Source of the DNA: an uncultured Planctomycetaceae bacterium | Lineage (GTDB): Bacteria > Planctomycetota > Planctomycetia > Pirellulales > PALSA-1355 | Direction: 5' to 3' | Assembly: GCA_963785305.1 (NCBI GenBank) | Contig: CAWAUV010000009.1 | Location: 1-64,000 of the forward strand | DNA length: 64,000 nucleotides | Part shown: positions 11,144-22,472 of the stretch, in pieces | Layout of the letters: every line of letters starts with the position of its first letter | Position numbering within the stretch: the first letter of the stretch is position 1 | Program-made: the position numbers and the translations under genes | The notes under the pieces: model-generated | Seen by the model: the letters and a program-made list of their open reading frames with translations, nothing else | What the model was told of the DNA's origin: nothing | The model's database searches: none

Positions 11144-12048
11144 TCAATGATGACCGCCGCCGTGGCCGCCGCCATGCGAGCCAGCATGGCTGCCACCGCC
11201 GCCGTGAGACATGGCCGAGGGACCCGAATGTCCGGCCGGCGCGTGATGCGCGGCCGCGTGTCCGCCGTGGGCGCCATGCTCCGAGTGTCCGTGATGTTCG
11301 CTCCCGCCGCTCGCGCCGCGGACGCGGTGTTCGCCTTGATGACCGGGATTTTCTCGCGCCGGTGCTCAGCCTCGCGAGCCCGGTCTCGCCGGTCTCGATC
11401 GAGATGTTCGCCGTGGCGCCCCGACGCCGAGCCCGCCGATCCGGCGTTCGCGGCCGAACGGCTCGCGCTGGAAGCGGCGGCGTGGCTCGTCACGGGAACC
11501 AAATTCGCGCCGTGGTCGCGACCGAGCGCGCTTCGGTCGCGATTCACTTGGCGCTGGTCGCGTCCTAGTTGGTTGAGGTTCCGCTCTTCGCGCCGGTTGT
11601 CTTGGCGAATATCGCGTCGATCGGCGTTGATCGCGCTCTCGTTGCGGTTGATATTGCGTTCGTCGCCTCGAATCACGGATTGATCGCGGGCGATGGCGGC
11701 CTGATCCTTGGCGCGATTCTGGGGGTTGGCGCGTTCGTCTTGCCGGAGTTGATTGATATTGCCGCGCTCGGCGCCGATCTGATTCCGGTCGGCGGAGATG
11801 TTCGCTTCGTCGCGGTGAATGTCGCGACGATCCTGGCGACGCTCGGCGTTGTCGCGGGCAATGTTCGATTCCTCTCGCCGCTCGTCGCGTCGCTCGTGCC
11901 GCGAATTTCGCTCGAGCGCGGTGGCGTTGGGAGCTGTCGATGGGGCGCCCGAGGCGCTGATCGCCGCGGGCGATTGAGCCCAGGCGCTCGCGGCGCTGGC
12001 TGCAAGAACAAGACCGAAAACACCAAGGCTTTTGAAGAATCGTCGCAT
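11144..12048 (-). CDS. Secreted low-complexity R/D/N/Q-repeat protein with a His/Gly-rich C-terminus (frameshift near 11350)
   Basis: Signal peptide ending AWA-Q; RRDIRQD / INADRR repeats; an alternative frame gives NPGHQGEH...HGGGHGGGHH-TGA ending at 11144. Confidence 0.7.
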
Positions 12049-12427
12049 GACACATGCTCCCAGAGTTGCAGGATCGAAGAGGTTCGATCCATGAAGCGCG
12101 ATAGCGCTAGAGGCGAACGGCGCCGGAGGAGACCGCCATTGAATCTCTACGCCATTTTCGCGCTCTCCGGGGATCGCCGAGCGCTACATTGCGGCAAGAT
12201 TCCGTCGCCGAGGAACCACCAGCCCTTCACAAAGCCGCGAACTTGCAACATCGGGTCTCGCCGCCGCGACAAGCGCCCGAAGCGACGTTGCTCCTGGGCA
12301 ATCCCGCCCTGGGAGACAGGTTGCCGGAACGCAACAGGGAGGGAAAAATGCCTCGCAAACCCTGGGCATGTCGCGAGCCATCGCGCGGCGAATGCGTCGC
12401 GCCCGTCTCACGCGGCGGACCTGGTCG

Positions 12428-12450
12428 GCCTGTTGAATTATTCAACAGGC
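12428..12450. repeat. Dispersed palindrome, copy 2 (GCCTGTTGAA-TTA-TTCAACAGGC)
   Basis: 10-bp perfect inverted repeat 30 nt downstream of the cyaB stop. Confidence 0.8.
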
Positions 12451-12480
12451 TGCTCGGCGGCCCATTTCAAGCCGCATGTT

Positions 12481-13041
12481 TCACGGGGCTCGGCTGGCGA
12501 GCACCAGTTCGAGATAGCTCCGCGGCTCGACATCGCGAAGCCCGAGTCGCTTGGCGAGCCGCAACACGCTGTCTTCCAACGTCGGCACGCGATCGTCGGA
12601 TTCGGCGATGCACTCGACTTCGGCAAACGCGCCCAATTGCTCGACCGCATCGATCGCGACCTCGCAGTCATGGTCTTCCCAGCGGCCCGCGAACGCGCGT
12701 CGCGACTTGCGGACCTGGGCCACGGCCCGAAACCCCAGAGCGCCGAGCAGCGAGGCGAAGTCGTGGGCCGCTTTGGCGCCCTCGCCGAGCGGGGTCTCGA
12801 TTTCTTGGCGGGTCTTCGAGCGGCGCGAATGCTTCGCTCCCTTGTACGTCGCGAAATTCCGCTCGCCAATGGATCGAACTCGCAGCGCCTCGTCGGTCGC
12901 GGCGAAGTCGCGGCTCGGGTGGTTGAAGTAGCGGTCGCGTTGTTCTTCGATGTCTTTTTCCTGAAAGCCGAGCGATTCGAGCTGCAAGAGCAGTTCCCGA
13001 GCGTCGGCGAGCAGGAACTTTTGTTCGACCTCATGCCGCAT
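12481..13041 (-). CDS. cyaB: Class IV adenylate cyclase / CYTH domain protein
   Basis: EVEQKF (ExExK), QRDRYF, ALRVR, TYKG, RQEIE, VRKSRR, FAEVE. Confidence 0.88.
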   Translation of the reverse strand: MRHEVEQKFLLADARELLLQLESLGFQEKDIEEQRDRYFNHPSRDFAATDEALRVRSIGERNFATYKGAKHSRRSKTRQEIETPLGEGAKAAHDFASLLGALGFRAVAQVRKSRRAFAGRWEDHDCEVAIDAVEQLGAFAEVECIAESDDRVPTLEDSVLRLAKRLGLRDVEPRSYLELVLASRAP

Positions 13042-13212
13042 CGCTCGACCTCGCTTGAGAAAACCATTCGAGAAGCACGATCTTGCTGGGGCCGCGCCGC
13101 GAGTCCCGTCCCCCGATATCTTGTCGACGGATCGATCGCTATGATGATTATAACGCCGGTCGCTGGCGCCACGATTTAATTCGAACGCATTCCAGATAGG
13201 CGCCGATTCATC

Positions 13213-13824
13213 ATGACAAACTTCGGTTCAAAGACTCCGTCGGGCGCAAGTTTGCCGGTCAAGATCGGCATTGGCGTCGCCCTGGCGGTGCTCGCCTACT
13301 GGATGCTTGATCGCGGCCGACCCAACGCGAGCCTGGAAAAGGTCGTCGGCACGAAGTTGGGCGAACTTCGCCTGCAGCCGCTCACGGGCGATCCGCCGAA
13401 ATTCGATGCATCGTCGCTCGAGGGGCATGTAACCCTGATCGATTTTTGGGGACCTTGGTGCCCGCCCTGCAAGCGCGAGTTGCCGCATTTGGTCGAGATC
13501 GCCCAAGAGCTTTCCGACCGTTCCGACTTTCAGTTCGTTGCCGTGGCCTGCGGCCTCGGTGATGACGAAAATCTTGAAGAGATCCGCAACGACACCGAAA
13601 GTTTTCTGGCAAGCGCTCACCTCGCGCAGCCCACCTATGGCGATCAAAACGGCCGCGCCCGGCAGATGCTCGCCCGCGACTGCAATATGCGGGGTTATCC
13701 CTTCACGCTGCTCGTGGACCGGGCCGGCGTGATCCGCGCGGTGTGGAACGGCTACGCGCTGGGCGGCGAAGTGGAAATCCGACGCGAAATCAAGTCGCTG
13801 CTCGCCAACTCGCCCGAAAAGTGA
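13213..13824 (+). CDS. TlpA/ResA-like thiol-disulfide oxidoreductase
   Basis: N-terminal TM segment; DFWGPWCPPCKRELP; YPFTLLVDRAG. Confidence 0.9.
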   Translation: MTNFGSKTPSGASLPVKIGIGVALAVLAYWMLDRGRPNASLEKVVGTKLGELRLQPLTGDPPKFDASSLEGHVTLIDFWGPWCPPCKRELPHLVEIAQELSDRSDFQFVAVACGLGDDENLEEIRNDTESFLASAHLAQPTYGDQNGRARQMLARDCNMRGYPFTLLVDRAGVIRAVWNGYALGGEVEIRREIKSLLANSPEK

Positions 13825-13944
13825 GGGACCGCTCGCAATCGGCGCGATCCCGCCATCCAACGGGGATCGTCGTGGGCCGAGGCGTCGACGATTCGCGGAA
13901 TTTCAAACCGCCTCGCTCGGTTCATTCTCTCGTCGCTAGAGTCG

Positions 13945-16900
13945 TCACTCGGTGCGCGTCGAGCGCCGGGCCTGGGGCAAGCCCTGCGGGGCATGCGAGA
14001 GAAACGCAAAGAGGTCGGCCACTTCCTCGAGCGAAAGGCCGTTGAGTAGGCCATCGGGCATCGCCGACACCCGGGCCTGGGTCGAGCTTTCGATATCGTC
14101 GTCCTTGAGCGTGTGCTTTTTACCATCGGGCGTGAGCACCGTGAGCGCGCCGTCGCCGGTGGGCGCGGCCATGCCGGTGATGGTCCGCCCGTCGCGAGTG
14201 ACGATCACCCGGCTCGCGTATTGATCGCTGATGACCTGCGACGGGAACAGGATCGACTCCAGGATTTCCTTTTTCTGGAAGCGGCTGCCGACCGTCGTGA
14301 GGTCGGGGCCCAAGCTCTCGCCGCGATCGCCAAACCGGTGGCAGCTCACGCAGCGGGCCCGCTCGAACACCGCGGCGCCGCGGCGGGCGTCGCCACTCGA
14401 CTGCGGGCTGTTGAGGAAGCTGAGCAGCTCTTGCCGCGTCCAATGATTCGTCTCTGCTTCGACCGGCAGCGACGGTTCGGGCTGGTTCGGATACTTGGCC
14501 ATGAACCAGTTCTGCCAAGCGGCCAACGCCGTGGGCAGCGAACCGCCGGGCTGGCCCAACTGTTCGCCGGTCCATTTTTCCAAGAGCGCGACTGCCCGTT
14601 GGCCACCGTTGTCGCGAAGCATTAGTCCGCGCAAGATGGCTTGGCGGTAGGCTTCGGGCTCGTCGGGCGCACGATCGACTTGCGCCAGTTTCACGAGCAC
14701 TTCCTGAGCCGCGCTGCCTTCGACGATCGAAAGCGAACGCACCAGCAGCGGCCAGTTTTCGCCTTGCGGGTCCTGCGCCAAGCCCATCGAGATCACGACC
14801 CGGCGTTCGGGCTCGCTGTCGTACAACTCGCGCAGATACGCCATCGCATGCGGGTCCTTGCTCGCGCCCAGCACGGCCACGATGCCGATTCGTAGTTTGC
14901 GGGCCGCATCGGTGTCGACATGCTTCACATCGCGATCGAGCGAGATCACTTGTCGCAACGTGGCTTCGCTGGGATTCTCCGGCAACTTGGCCAATGAGGA
15001 AAGGGCCGAGCTGGGCCACTTGGCGCCGCCGGCGAGCACCGGCCGCCGCTCCTCGTCGGTGAAGTCGGCGAAGAAATCGCGCGACACGTTTTCGATATAG
15101 CCGGCGAAGCTATGGCCGCCCACCATCGAGCGGGCGTCTTCATAGAACTGCAACATTTCGAGCTTCAGCGGCGGAGTCCAGCCGGTCTTGAGAAAGCGGG
15201 CGTGCATCGCGATCTGCATCTTTTCGACCTGCGGCGCGTCGCTATGCAGTTGTTCGATGAACATCGCGGCGGCGCGCGGGTCTTGCAAAAAAGTGAGCAG
15301 CCGCGTGAGCTCGCGATTCATGCTCGTATTGCGCGAGGGGTATTCCTTGACCAGCGCTTCCCGCAGCGAAGTGAGCCGCTCGGGATCGAGTTGGCCGCGA
15401 ACCATCGCGACTTCGAGCAGCCGCAGCAAATTCAGAAACTCCGGATCGGTGAGATATCCGGTCAGCAGTTTCTCGCAGCGAGAGACCACATCGGGCGCCG
15501 AGTCCCGGTCGCTGAGCACCATGAGCGCCAGGGCGCCTTGCAAGAACACTCGCTTGTCGGGAGTCGAAAGCACGAGCCGCCGCCAGTCATCGGGAGGCGC
15601 GAGCTCGAGCAGACGCCGCGCCGACCAGGCCAGCGGACGATCCTCGCTCCCCAAGAGCTTCAGCAGCCGATCGGGCGGAACCGTGTATCCGCCGCGGGCC
15701 AACGCCTCGCAGGCCAGACGCTGATTGCGATGGTCCTGATCGTCGAGCATGTCGATGAGCGAGGCGGCGGTCGTGTCGTTGACCACGGCGCCCATGATCC
15801 GCGCCGCTCGGCCGCGCACCTCCGGAACCGGATCGCCAGCCAACCGGGCCAAGGCGTCTTTGCTGGGCGGAGGACCGAAAAGCTGCAAAAGATCGAGCGC
15901 ACGAATTCGCTGGGCGATCGGCGCGCTCTCGCGCTCGGCGAGCGCCGTCAGTTGGGCCGACCACTGCGAGCCGAGTTGTTCTTTGACGAGCGCCGCTTGC
16001 TGACGCCCCCAGGCGCTTTGCAATTGCGGTTGCTTGATGGCGGCCATGATGCCTTTGCCCGGATCGCGCACATCGGGCGGAACCTTGCCCTCCCACACCA
16101 CGCGATACACGCCGCCCTCGGTGCCGCGCCCGCCGGTGCAGAAATAGAGCGCCCCATCGGGCCCGACCGCGCAGTCGGTGACATTCAGCGGCTGACCTTC
16201 GAGGAAAGTCTCGACCGTGGCTTCGTAGCCCGCCCCACGATGCTTCGGTTTCATCGCCAGAATACGACCGCGCGACCAGTCGCACACGAACACCGCGTTT
16301 TGAAACCGCCGCGGAAACATGTAATGATCATACACCTCGACTCCGGTCGGCGAGCCGCGGCCGGTTTCGGCCATCGGCGGCAGGCTATCGAAGTAGTAAT
16401 CGGGCCACTTGGCCCAACCGCTGCGCCAGCCGAACTCGGCGCCCGGCAGCACATGGTTCACCCGAGTCGGCCGATACCAGGGCATGCCGGCGTCCCACTC
16501 CATGTCGGAGTCGGCGGTGAACAGTTCGCCTTCGTGATTGAACGCCAGATCGTAAGGATTTTGCAAGCCACCGGCGAACAGCTCGATGGCGGCGCCCGCC
16601 GCGTCGGTGCGGGCGATCGTGCCGCCGGGCGCTTTGATGCCCACGGCATGACCGCTCGCGTCTTCATAACGCGGCTCGACCAGATCGCCTTCGTAGTAAT
16701 GATGATGCGGGCTCGAAGCTTCGAAGGCGCGCTCGGGCCGGGCGAAGTTGCCGAGCACCATATAGATGAGCCCGTCGGGGCCGAGCGCCAGCGCGTGCGG
16801 TCCATGTTCGCCCATTTCGCCGGTAAAGCGAACGAGCGGCTCGACGGCGTCGACGCGGCCGTCTTGATCTTCGTCCGAGAGGCGATAAAGCGCCACGCCC

Positions 16901-17781
16901 TGCGGACCCTCGCCTATGACGAACACCCGGCCGCTCACGGCCAAAATGCCCTGGCAATTCTTCACCTGATCGCACAGCGTGGTCACCGATTCGAGCAGGC
17001 CGTCGTGATTGCCGTCGCGAATCAAAACCAGCGGGCCATTTTCTCGCGCCGCGATGATCTGGCCGAATTCGTCGAACGTCATCGCGATCAGCGAGCCGGT
17101 TTCCTTGGGCTCGACCACCCATTCGACATGAAATTCGGGCAACACGCGGAACCGGCCCGTGGCGTTCGATTCATTGACCTCGTTGCCCCAGGGCAGCGTC
17201 GCGTTGAGCGGCCCGAAGCTCCGGGCCGCGATCCATTGCGTGTCTTGAAAGCGAGGTTTGTTCCACTGCGGAAACTCCTTGAGCGATGTTTTCCAAGTGG
17301 CGTCGGTGGAATACGAAATGTGCGTTCCGCCCTGTGGCTGGACCGCTACTCGGGCCACGATTCCGGCCGAGCCTTCCTCCTTGTTCGTGGCGCACACCGC
17401 CACGGTATTGGCGCCCGAGATCAGGAACTTGGTGATGTCGTAGGTGTCGAGCGATTTCCAATTGTCGCCCGAGCCGACGAGGCGGCCGTTGACATAGAGC
17501 TCGTAAGCGTCGTCGGCGGCGATCTGCACGGTTCCGTTTTCGGGCGTGCCCAGGTTGAATGACTTGCGGAAGTAGCAGTCGCCCGGCGCTTCGAGTTCTT
17601 TTTCGTAGGCGGGCGACCAAATCCATTCGGCTTCGGCGGCCATGAGCGCGGTGGGCGCCGTGAACTGCACGGCGAAAAGCGCGATGGCGAACGCCGCGGC
17701 GACGGAGATTCGCGTGGGGCTGTTAATCCGCCGAAATACACTGCCGACGCGGGCGAACAAATTGAGGTGTCGCGGGATCAT
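13945..17781 (-). CDS. PVC-type membrane-bound dehydrogenase-like protein with HEAT repeats and a C-terminal heme c domain
   Basis: Signal peptide; IAADDAYELYVNG domain; EHGPHA, GLQNPYD, DSDMEWD beta-propeller motifs; CVSCH and SAMPDGL heme domain. ORF is open to 17868; start at MIPRH is inferred. Confidence 0.88.
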   Translation of the reverse strand: MIPRHLNLFARVGSVFRRINSPTRISVAAAFAIALFAVQFTAPTALMAAEAEWIWSPAYEKELEAPGDCYFRKSFNLGTPENGTVQIAADDAYELYVNGRLVGSGDNWKSLDTYDITKFLISGANTVAVCATNKEEGSAGIVARVAVQPQGGTHISYSTDATWKTSLKEFPQWNKPRFQDTQWIAARSFGPLNATLPWGNEVNESNATGRFRVLPEFHVEWVVEPKETGSLIAMTFDEFGQIIAARENGPLVLIRDGNHDGLLESVTTLCDQVKNCQGILAVSGRVFVIGEGPQGVALYRLSDEDQDGRVDAVEPLVRFTGEMGEHGPHALALGPDGLIYMVLGNFARPERAFEASSPHHHYYEGDLVEPRYEDASGHAVGIKAPGGTIARTDAAGAAIELFAGGLQNPYDLAFNHEGELFTADSDMEWDAGMPWYRPTRVNHVLPGAEFGWRSGWAKWPDYYFDSLPPMAETGRGSPTGVEVYDHYMFPRRFQNAVFVCDWSRGRILAMKPKHRGAGYEATVETFLEGQPLNVTDCAVGPDGALYFCTGGRGTEGGVYRVVWEGKVPPDVRDPGKGIMAAIKQPQLQSAWGRQQAALVKEQLGSQWSAQLTALAERESAPIAQRIRALDLLQLFGPPPSKDALARLAGDPVPEVRGRAARIMGAVVNDTTAASLIDMLDDQDHRNQRLACEALARGGYTVPPDRLLKLLGSEDRPLAWSARRLLELAPPDDWRRLVLSTPDKRVFLQGALALMVLSDRDSAPDVVSRCEKLLTGYLTDPEFLNLLRLLEVAMVRGQLDPERLTSLREALVKEYPSRNTSMNRELTRLLTFLQDPRAAAMFIEQLHSDAPQVEKMQIAMHARFLKTGWTPPLKLEMLQFYEDARSMVGGHSFAGYIENVSRDFFADFTDEERRPVLAGGAKWPSSALSSLAKLPENPSEATLRQVISLDRDVKHVDTDAARKLRIGIVAVLGASKDPHAMAYLRELYDSEPERRVVISMGLAQDPQGENWPLLVRSLSIVEGSAAQEVLVKLAQVDRAPDEPEAYRQAILRGLMLRDNGGQRAVALLEKWTGEQLGQPGGSLPTALAAWQNWFMAKYPNQPEPSLPVEAETNHWTRQELLSFLNSPQSSGDARRGAAVFERARCVSCHRFGDRGESLGPDLTTVGSRFQKKEILESILFPSQVISDQYASRVIVTRDGRTITGMAAPTGDGALTVLTPDGKKHTLKDDDIESSTQARVSAMPDGLLNGLSLEEVADLFAFLSHAPQGLPQARRSTRTE

Positions 17782-18100
17782 CGTGGCGCCGCTTTCTCGT
17801 TGGAAAGGCTCTGGGGAACCGTGACGGAAACTCGGCGCGTGCAGGCGCCATTGGACTGAGAGGGGCAAACATTACCGCCGCTCGACGCTCGGGGCAACAG
17901 CGATTTTTCCTGGCGCCAGCACGAAAAGGCGCCAGCAAAGGCGAACAACCGGGGGGCAATGGATGAGTTGTCGTGCATGCCGCTACGTGCGGATAGCCGG
18001 TGGCACGCACGGGCGGAGGAGCGCTCCATTCGTTACCCAAAGCGCCGGCGAGCGCTCCAACGCTTTTGCCCGGCGGGCGCGAGACGCGCCAATCGGGTTT

Positions 18101-19090
18101 TTAGTCGCGCTGGAGCGTGAGGGCCCAGGCTTGAAATTCGCTGTCGAGATCGCTCCAGGCCGTTTGCGGAAAAAGGCTCTTGAGCGTGGCGAGGCCCTGG
18201 GGATCGGCGGTCTGATTGGCCCGAAACTCGCGATAGAACTTCGTCAGCAGATTCTTCCGCTGGAGATAGAGACAAAGATAGCGGGCCTGGGCATAGTTAA
18301 TGCCTTCATCGGCCCCGCGGAAGTCTTTTTCGGAAATCAGCGATTCGAGCGAGCGCAGCCGCTGCTTGCGAATCGCCGATTGCAAGCCGCGCAGCCGCCA
18401 ATTCTCGATGCCCTCGATCCACGGCCCATCGTCGCCGTCGCGAAAGCGGCATTGCTCATGGAGCGAGGCCAGCCCTTCGTTGAACCAGTCGGGCGCTTTG
18501 GGGAAATCGAAGTCGATGAGCGAATGCGTCAATTCATGCACCAAGGTGCCGCCGCCGGTGGCGATGTTCAACACGAGCGTGCGTCGCTCGGGCTTGTAGT
18601 AGCCATATACCGAGATATCCCGCTCGTTGAAGAGTCGAGCGGCCTGGTCGTTGTAGCTCGCTTCGTTGCCGAATAGCAACACCGTGATCGGCGCCGTGGG
18701 CGCCACGCGAAAGTAGCAATTCTTCATCGCTCGCGCGGCCGGAGCGACCGTGTCGTGGTTCCAGCGAGCCAGTTGCTCGTCCGACAGATCGCCGGCCAAC
18801 ACGAAGGGCGGTCGCGAGATTGCATGGCAGTTGTCGCCGAGCGCAGCGCGCCACCGCTCGGCCGTCTCGCGACACGCCGCCGTGAGCGGATGCTGCTCGC
18901 CGCCGCTGATCGCGGGTTCGGCCGCCGACGCCACTCCGGCGCCCGAGCCAAAATGCACCGCCTCGTTCGTGGTCAGGGCGACGGATCGCTCCGGGCGAAT
19001 CCAATTCGAGAGCGCGATCGACGAAAGCACGATCGGGATCGGCCCGAGGATCAGCACCAGCGCGCGTTTCCGGTTCCAGTGGCGTTTCAT
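18101..19090 (-). CDS. Membrane-anchored gluzincin-type zinc metallopeptidase-like protein
   Basis: N-terminal TM segment; TLVHELTH...WFNEGLA (HExxH plus downstream E). Confidence 0.75.
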   Translation of the reverse strand: MKRHWNRKRALVLILGPIPIVLSSIALSNWIRPERSVALTTNEAVHFGSGAGVASAAEPAISGGEQHPLTAACRETAERWRAALGDNCHAISRPPFVLAGDLSDEQLARWNHDTVAPAARAMKNCYFRVAPTAPITVLLFGNEASYNDQAARLFNERDISVYGYYKPERRTLVLNIATGGGTLVHELTHSLIDFDFPKAPDWFNEGLASLHEQCRFRDGDDGPWIEGIENWRLRGLQSAIRKQRLRSLESLISEKDFRGADEGINYAQARYLCLYLQRKNLLTKFYREFRANQTADPQGLATLKSLFPQTAWSDLDSEFQAWALTLQRD

Positions 19091-19446
19091 CGACTCGCGA
19101 CGCCGACCTCGGCCGGCGCTGTCATTGGTTTCAGCATAAAAGTCAAAAAACAACCGGACACGACGACAGGGGGCGTCGGCGGTTAAGTCAACTTACGCCA
19201 GTCGGGCGCGCGTCACAAGGGCGGCCCAAGGCGTCCGAACGCTCGAATCTCGCGCGTCGCGACCGGTCGTGCCGATGGCGCAAACTCGGCGGGGGATTGA
19301 TCGCGAATCTCCGACCGATCGCAACGGTCGCGCCGCCGGAAGCAGCGCCGCCGCGCGGGTGTTGCGGCAAAAAAAGCCAGCGACGATTCGCGCGAACGCC
19401 CCGGCCAAGGCTAGCGACCGATTCCGCCGACGACCGCCCGCGCCTA

Positions 19447-20887
19447 TCACGCGGATCGATCAGCCTTGAGCCGGAGGAGCGCGGCTTGTTCGGGTCGGGC
19501 CTTATAAAACGGATCGAGTGGATAGCAGCCCGAGACCATGCCGTTGCGCGGCGCCGTGGTGCAATCGCTGAAGGTGCGGCAGAGCTTCTTGCGCCTGGAG
19601 CGGCCGGCCAGCGAGCACATCGGCGGGGAGTTCGGGATAACTCAGCGTCATGCGCCCCAGGCCGACAAAATCGGCGCCACCCGATCGCACGACCGCCTGC
19701 CCGGCATGCGCGGTCCATTCTTGCAAATAGGAATACCCCGAGCCGACGAAGGTCAATTCGGGCCGATGGGCCTTGAGCCGCGCCGTGACATCGAGATGCG
19801 CCGCCACGCCCACCAGCGGGTCTTCGGGCGGCAGATAACCATCCGAGGGCGGAAACGCCGCCGGCCGAGTGCGATGCGGATTGTAATACGGACTTCCGAG
19901 CGTGACGCACACCAACGGAACATCGAGCGCGTGCAGCAGGTCGAGCAGCAAGCATGGTTCGGCAAGATCCACGCCGAGTCCCCGGCCATCGCCGCCAAAC
20001 GCGTAGTCATAAGGCGCCGTGCCCGTGGGCGGCTGCGGAATGCCCACGCGATCATCGCCCGGCACGAAGGGAGTCCAATCAGCCATGCTGGCCCGCACTC
20101 CGATCACCAGCCCCGGCGCATCGCGGCGAATCCCCGCCACGATCTCTCGCAGGAAGCGAGTGCGATTTTCGAACGATCCCCCATAGCGTCCCGGTCGTTC
20201 GAAGGCGCTCAAAAACTCATGGCCCAGGTAGCCATGACAATGTTTGATGTCGACGAACTGATAGCCTAGCTCGGCGGCCCGGCGGGCGGCGACGACAAAG
20301 TCCTCGACCAGCGAATCGATCTCGCCATCGGTCATGGGAGCGAGGTTTTCGGCGCCCACCCCCGCATCGAGTCGCGGATGATGGTAAAGAATCCTCGGCT
20401 CCGGCCGGGTTTTGAGATGCGGCCGCGCGAAACGGCCCGAGTGCGTGAGCTGCAACCCGATCACCAGATCATCGACGCAGCCGAAGCGGTCGCGATGTTC
20501 GTCGAGGATCGTTTCGCGAAGCAAGGCAAGCCCGGCCAGTGTGTGGGGCGCCATGAGCAGTTGGTCGGGATTGGCCCGTCCGTCGCGACGCACGGCGACG
20601 GCCTCGCCGCCCCAGATGAGTTTCGCCCCGCTCGAGCCAAAGCGGCGCCAGCGGCGGACCGTCAACTCCGTGGGCCGCCCCTCGGCGTCGCCATCCCAGC
20701 CTTCCATCGGCAAGATCGCGAACCGGTTGCCGATCGTGAGCCCCGCCACCCGGTGTGGCCGAGCCAGCGGTGATTCGGGAGCGGCGAGCGCCTCGTCATC
20801 GAGTTCGATCGCGGCGCCGACCGCCTGGAGATGTTCGCGAAACTCGGCGATGGTCTTCATGCCGGCCACGCGGCGAATCGTGCTCAT
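19447..20887 (-). CDS. NADH:flavin oxidoreductase (Old Yellow Enzyme family); frameshift near 19595
   Basis: [48 protein letters not shown]; the corrected tail [27 protein letters not shown] ends at TGA 19447. Confidence 0.88.
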
Positions 20888-21852
20888 GGGTTCGCTCCCC
20901 GATAGGCCTCGAGCCGCGCCACGATCTCGGCCAGCACTTCAATATCCGACTCCGGCCGGCGCGGGCTCCCGGGATGCGTAAGATCGCGCGAGATCCAACC
21001 GGTGAGCCGTAGGCACTGGGCGGCGCTGTGTTTGTAGGCCGGCGTCGGCGATCGAAAAGCGAAAAAGCCGAGATACTGGAGCAAGTCGTTCAGCTCGTAA
21101 AACGCGCTGTCGCCGGCGAGCCACATCGCGTCGCGCCGGGCAAACAAGTCGGGCGCGAAGGTGCTCAAGCCCAGCAAATAACCGCTGCCATACATCACCA
21201 TGTCGATCGCGAGATCGTTGCCCGTGAGCGCCATGAAATCGGGCCGCTCGCGATCGCGCAGCGCCAAGCGGCGCCATTCGAGTTCGCGGCTCAGCGACGA
21301 GTGCTTGGCGCCCACGCAAGCCGAAATCTTCAGGAGCTCGCCATAGGTTTCGAGATCATAGATACGGCCGAAGGGGGCGAACATGGCCCCGAGCTCAAAG
21401 GCCAGAAACTTGGCGCAGCCGGTGGCGATCGCGCGATAGGCGTCGATCAACGCATCGCCCGCGAGATGTGTGAGGCCGAAGGATTGAAACACGATCGGCA
21501 GTCCGCCGCGAGACTGAATGGCGTCGACCTCGCGCGAATAGGCGTCGAGCGCGAAGCGATCGCCCGGAGCATCGCCCACGAACGCGCCGGCGACAAAGGT
21601 CGCGCCGCCAAGCACCGCGCGAGCGCGGTCGAGCACCGCGAGCCGCTGGCCGGGCTCGAGCAGGTTGACATAGCCGGTGTCCATATTCACGGCCGGCGTG
21701 AGTCCCGCGGCTTGGGTGCGAAGCAGATGGGCGTCGAAAGCCGGCCAATCGATTCGGCCCTCGGCCTCGAAGGGCAGCAAAATCGCCGACATGCCGACGA
21801 TCTTCGACCGAGGGCGCAGCAGCGAGCGGGGATCAAACGCCATGGCAGCCAT
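20884..21852 (-). CDS. Dihydrodipicolinate synthase (DapA/NAL) family TIM-barrel protein
   Basis: SAILLPF...IDW, GAKHSS (probable Schiff-base Lys), LTGND; overlaps the start of the oxidoreductase gene by 4 nt. Confidence 0.75.
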   Translation of the reverse strand: MAAMAFDPRSLLRPRSKIVGMSAILLPFEAEGRIDWPAFDAHLLRTQAAGLTPAVNMDTGYVNLLEPGQRLAVLDRARAVLGGATFVAGAFVGDAPGDRFALDAYSREVDAIQSRGGLPIVFQSFGLTHLAGDALIDAYRAIATGCAKFLAFELGAMFAPFGRIYDLETYGELLKISACVGAKHSSLSRELEWRRLALRDRERPDFMALTGNDLAIDMVMYGSGYLLGLSTFAPDLFARRDAMWLAGDSAFYELNDLLQYLGFFAFRSPTPAYKHSAAQCLRLTGWISRDLTHPGSPRRPESDIEVLAEIVARLEAYRGANP

Positions 21853-21964
21853 GTTCTGGCCCCCCGCCCGAAACAGAAAACCGAAATCCGCGAACCGATC
21901 ACGCTAGCAGACTTCAAATGACCGCTCGAAGCAAGCCCCGCCCGCGGACGACTGCCGGCTGGGC

Positions 21965-22342
21965 TCAGCGTCGGTTCGAGTAGCCGGTGGGGAGCGAGGA
22001 TCGCGCGTCGGCGGTCGTTTCGCTGGGCCCGCCGCTTTCGCCGTCGATGCCCGCGCTGGTTGGGCCGCTTTCGCCCGTGGTGTCGGCTGGCGTCGCGTCG
22101 GGCGCCGTTTCCGTCGCGGGGGCGGGCGCCGCCATCTTGGGCGCCGTGGGCGGAGGCGGAACCGCGTTTGTGCCAGCCCACGCCGAACCGACTCGCGTGC
22201 CGAAACCGCCGATCGGCTTGCCGTCGGCGCCGACCGTGGGGCCCGAATAATCGTAGGGCGCTTGGCAGCTCGTGCATCCGGCGTCGAGCGCTACCCAGCC
22301 CGCGCCCATGCAACCGACGAGCAACAAACGATGGATGTTCAT
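21965..22342 (-). CDS. Putative small lipoprotein with a Pro/Ala-rich tail
   Basis: Hydrophobic N-terminus, AGC-TSCQAPYDYSGP, then a low-complexity tail. Confidence 0.55.
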   Translation of the reverse strand: MNIHRLLLVGCMGAGWVALDAGCTSCQAPYDYSGPTVGADGKPIGGFGTRVGSAWAGTNAVPPPPTAPKMAAPAPATETAPDATPADTTGESGPTSAGIDGESGGPSETTADARSSLPTGYSNRR

Positions 22343-22472
22343 ATCTTCCGTTCCGTCGGCCGACCTAATGATGAGACTTCTAGAAGAGACTTTCGCGGGT
22401 CTTCGCGAAGGAGCCTCGGTGTGAAGAGGCGGCACTTATACCAGCCGCGCGGGCGAATCCCCAGCCCAGTTT

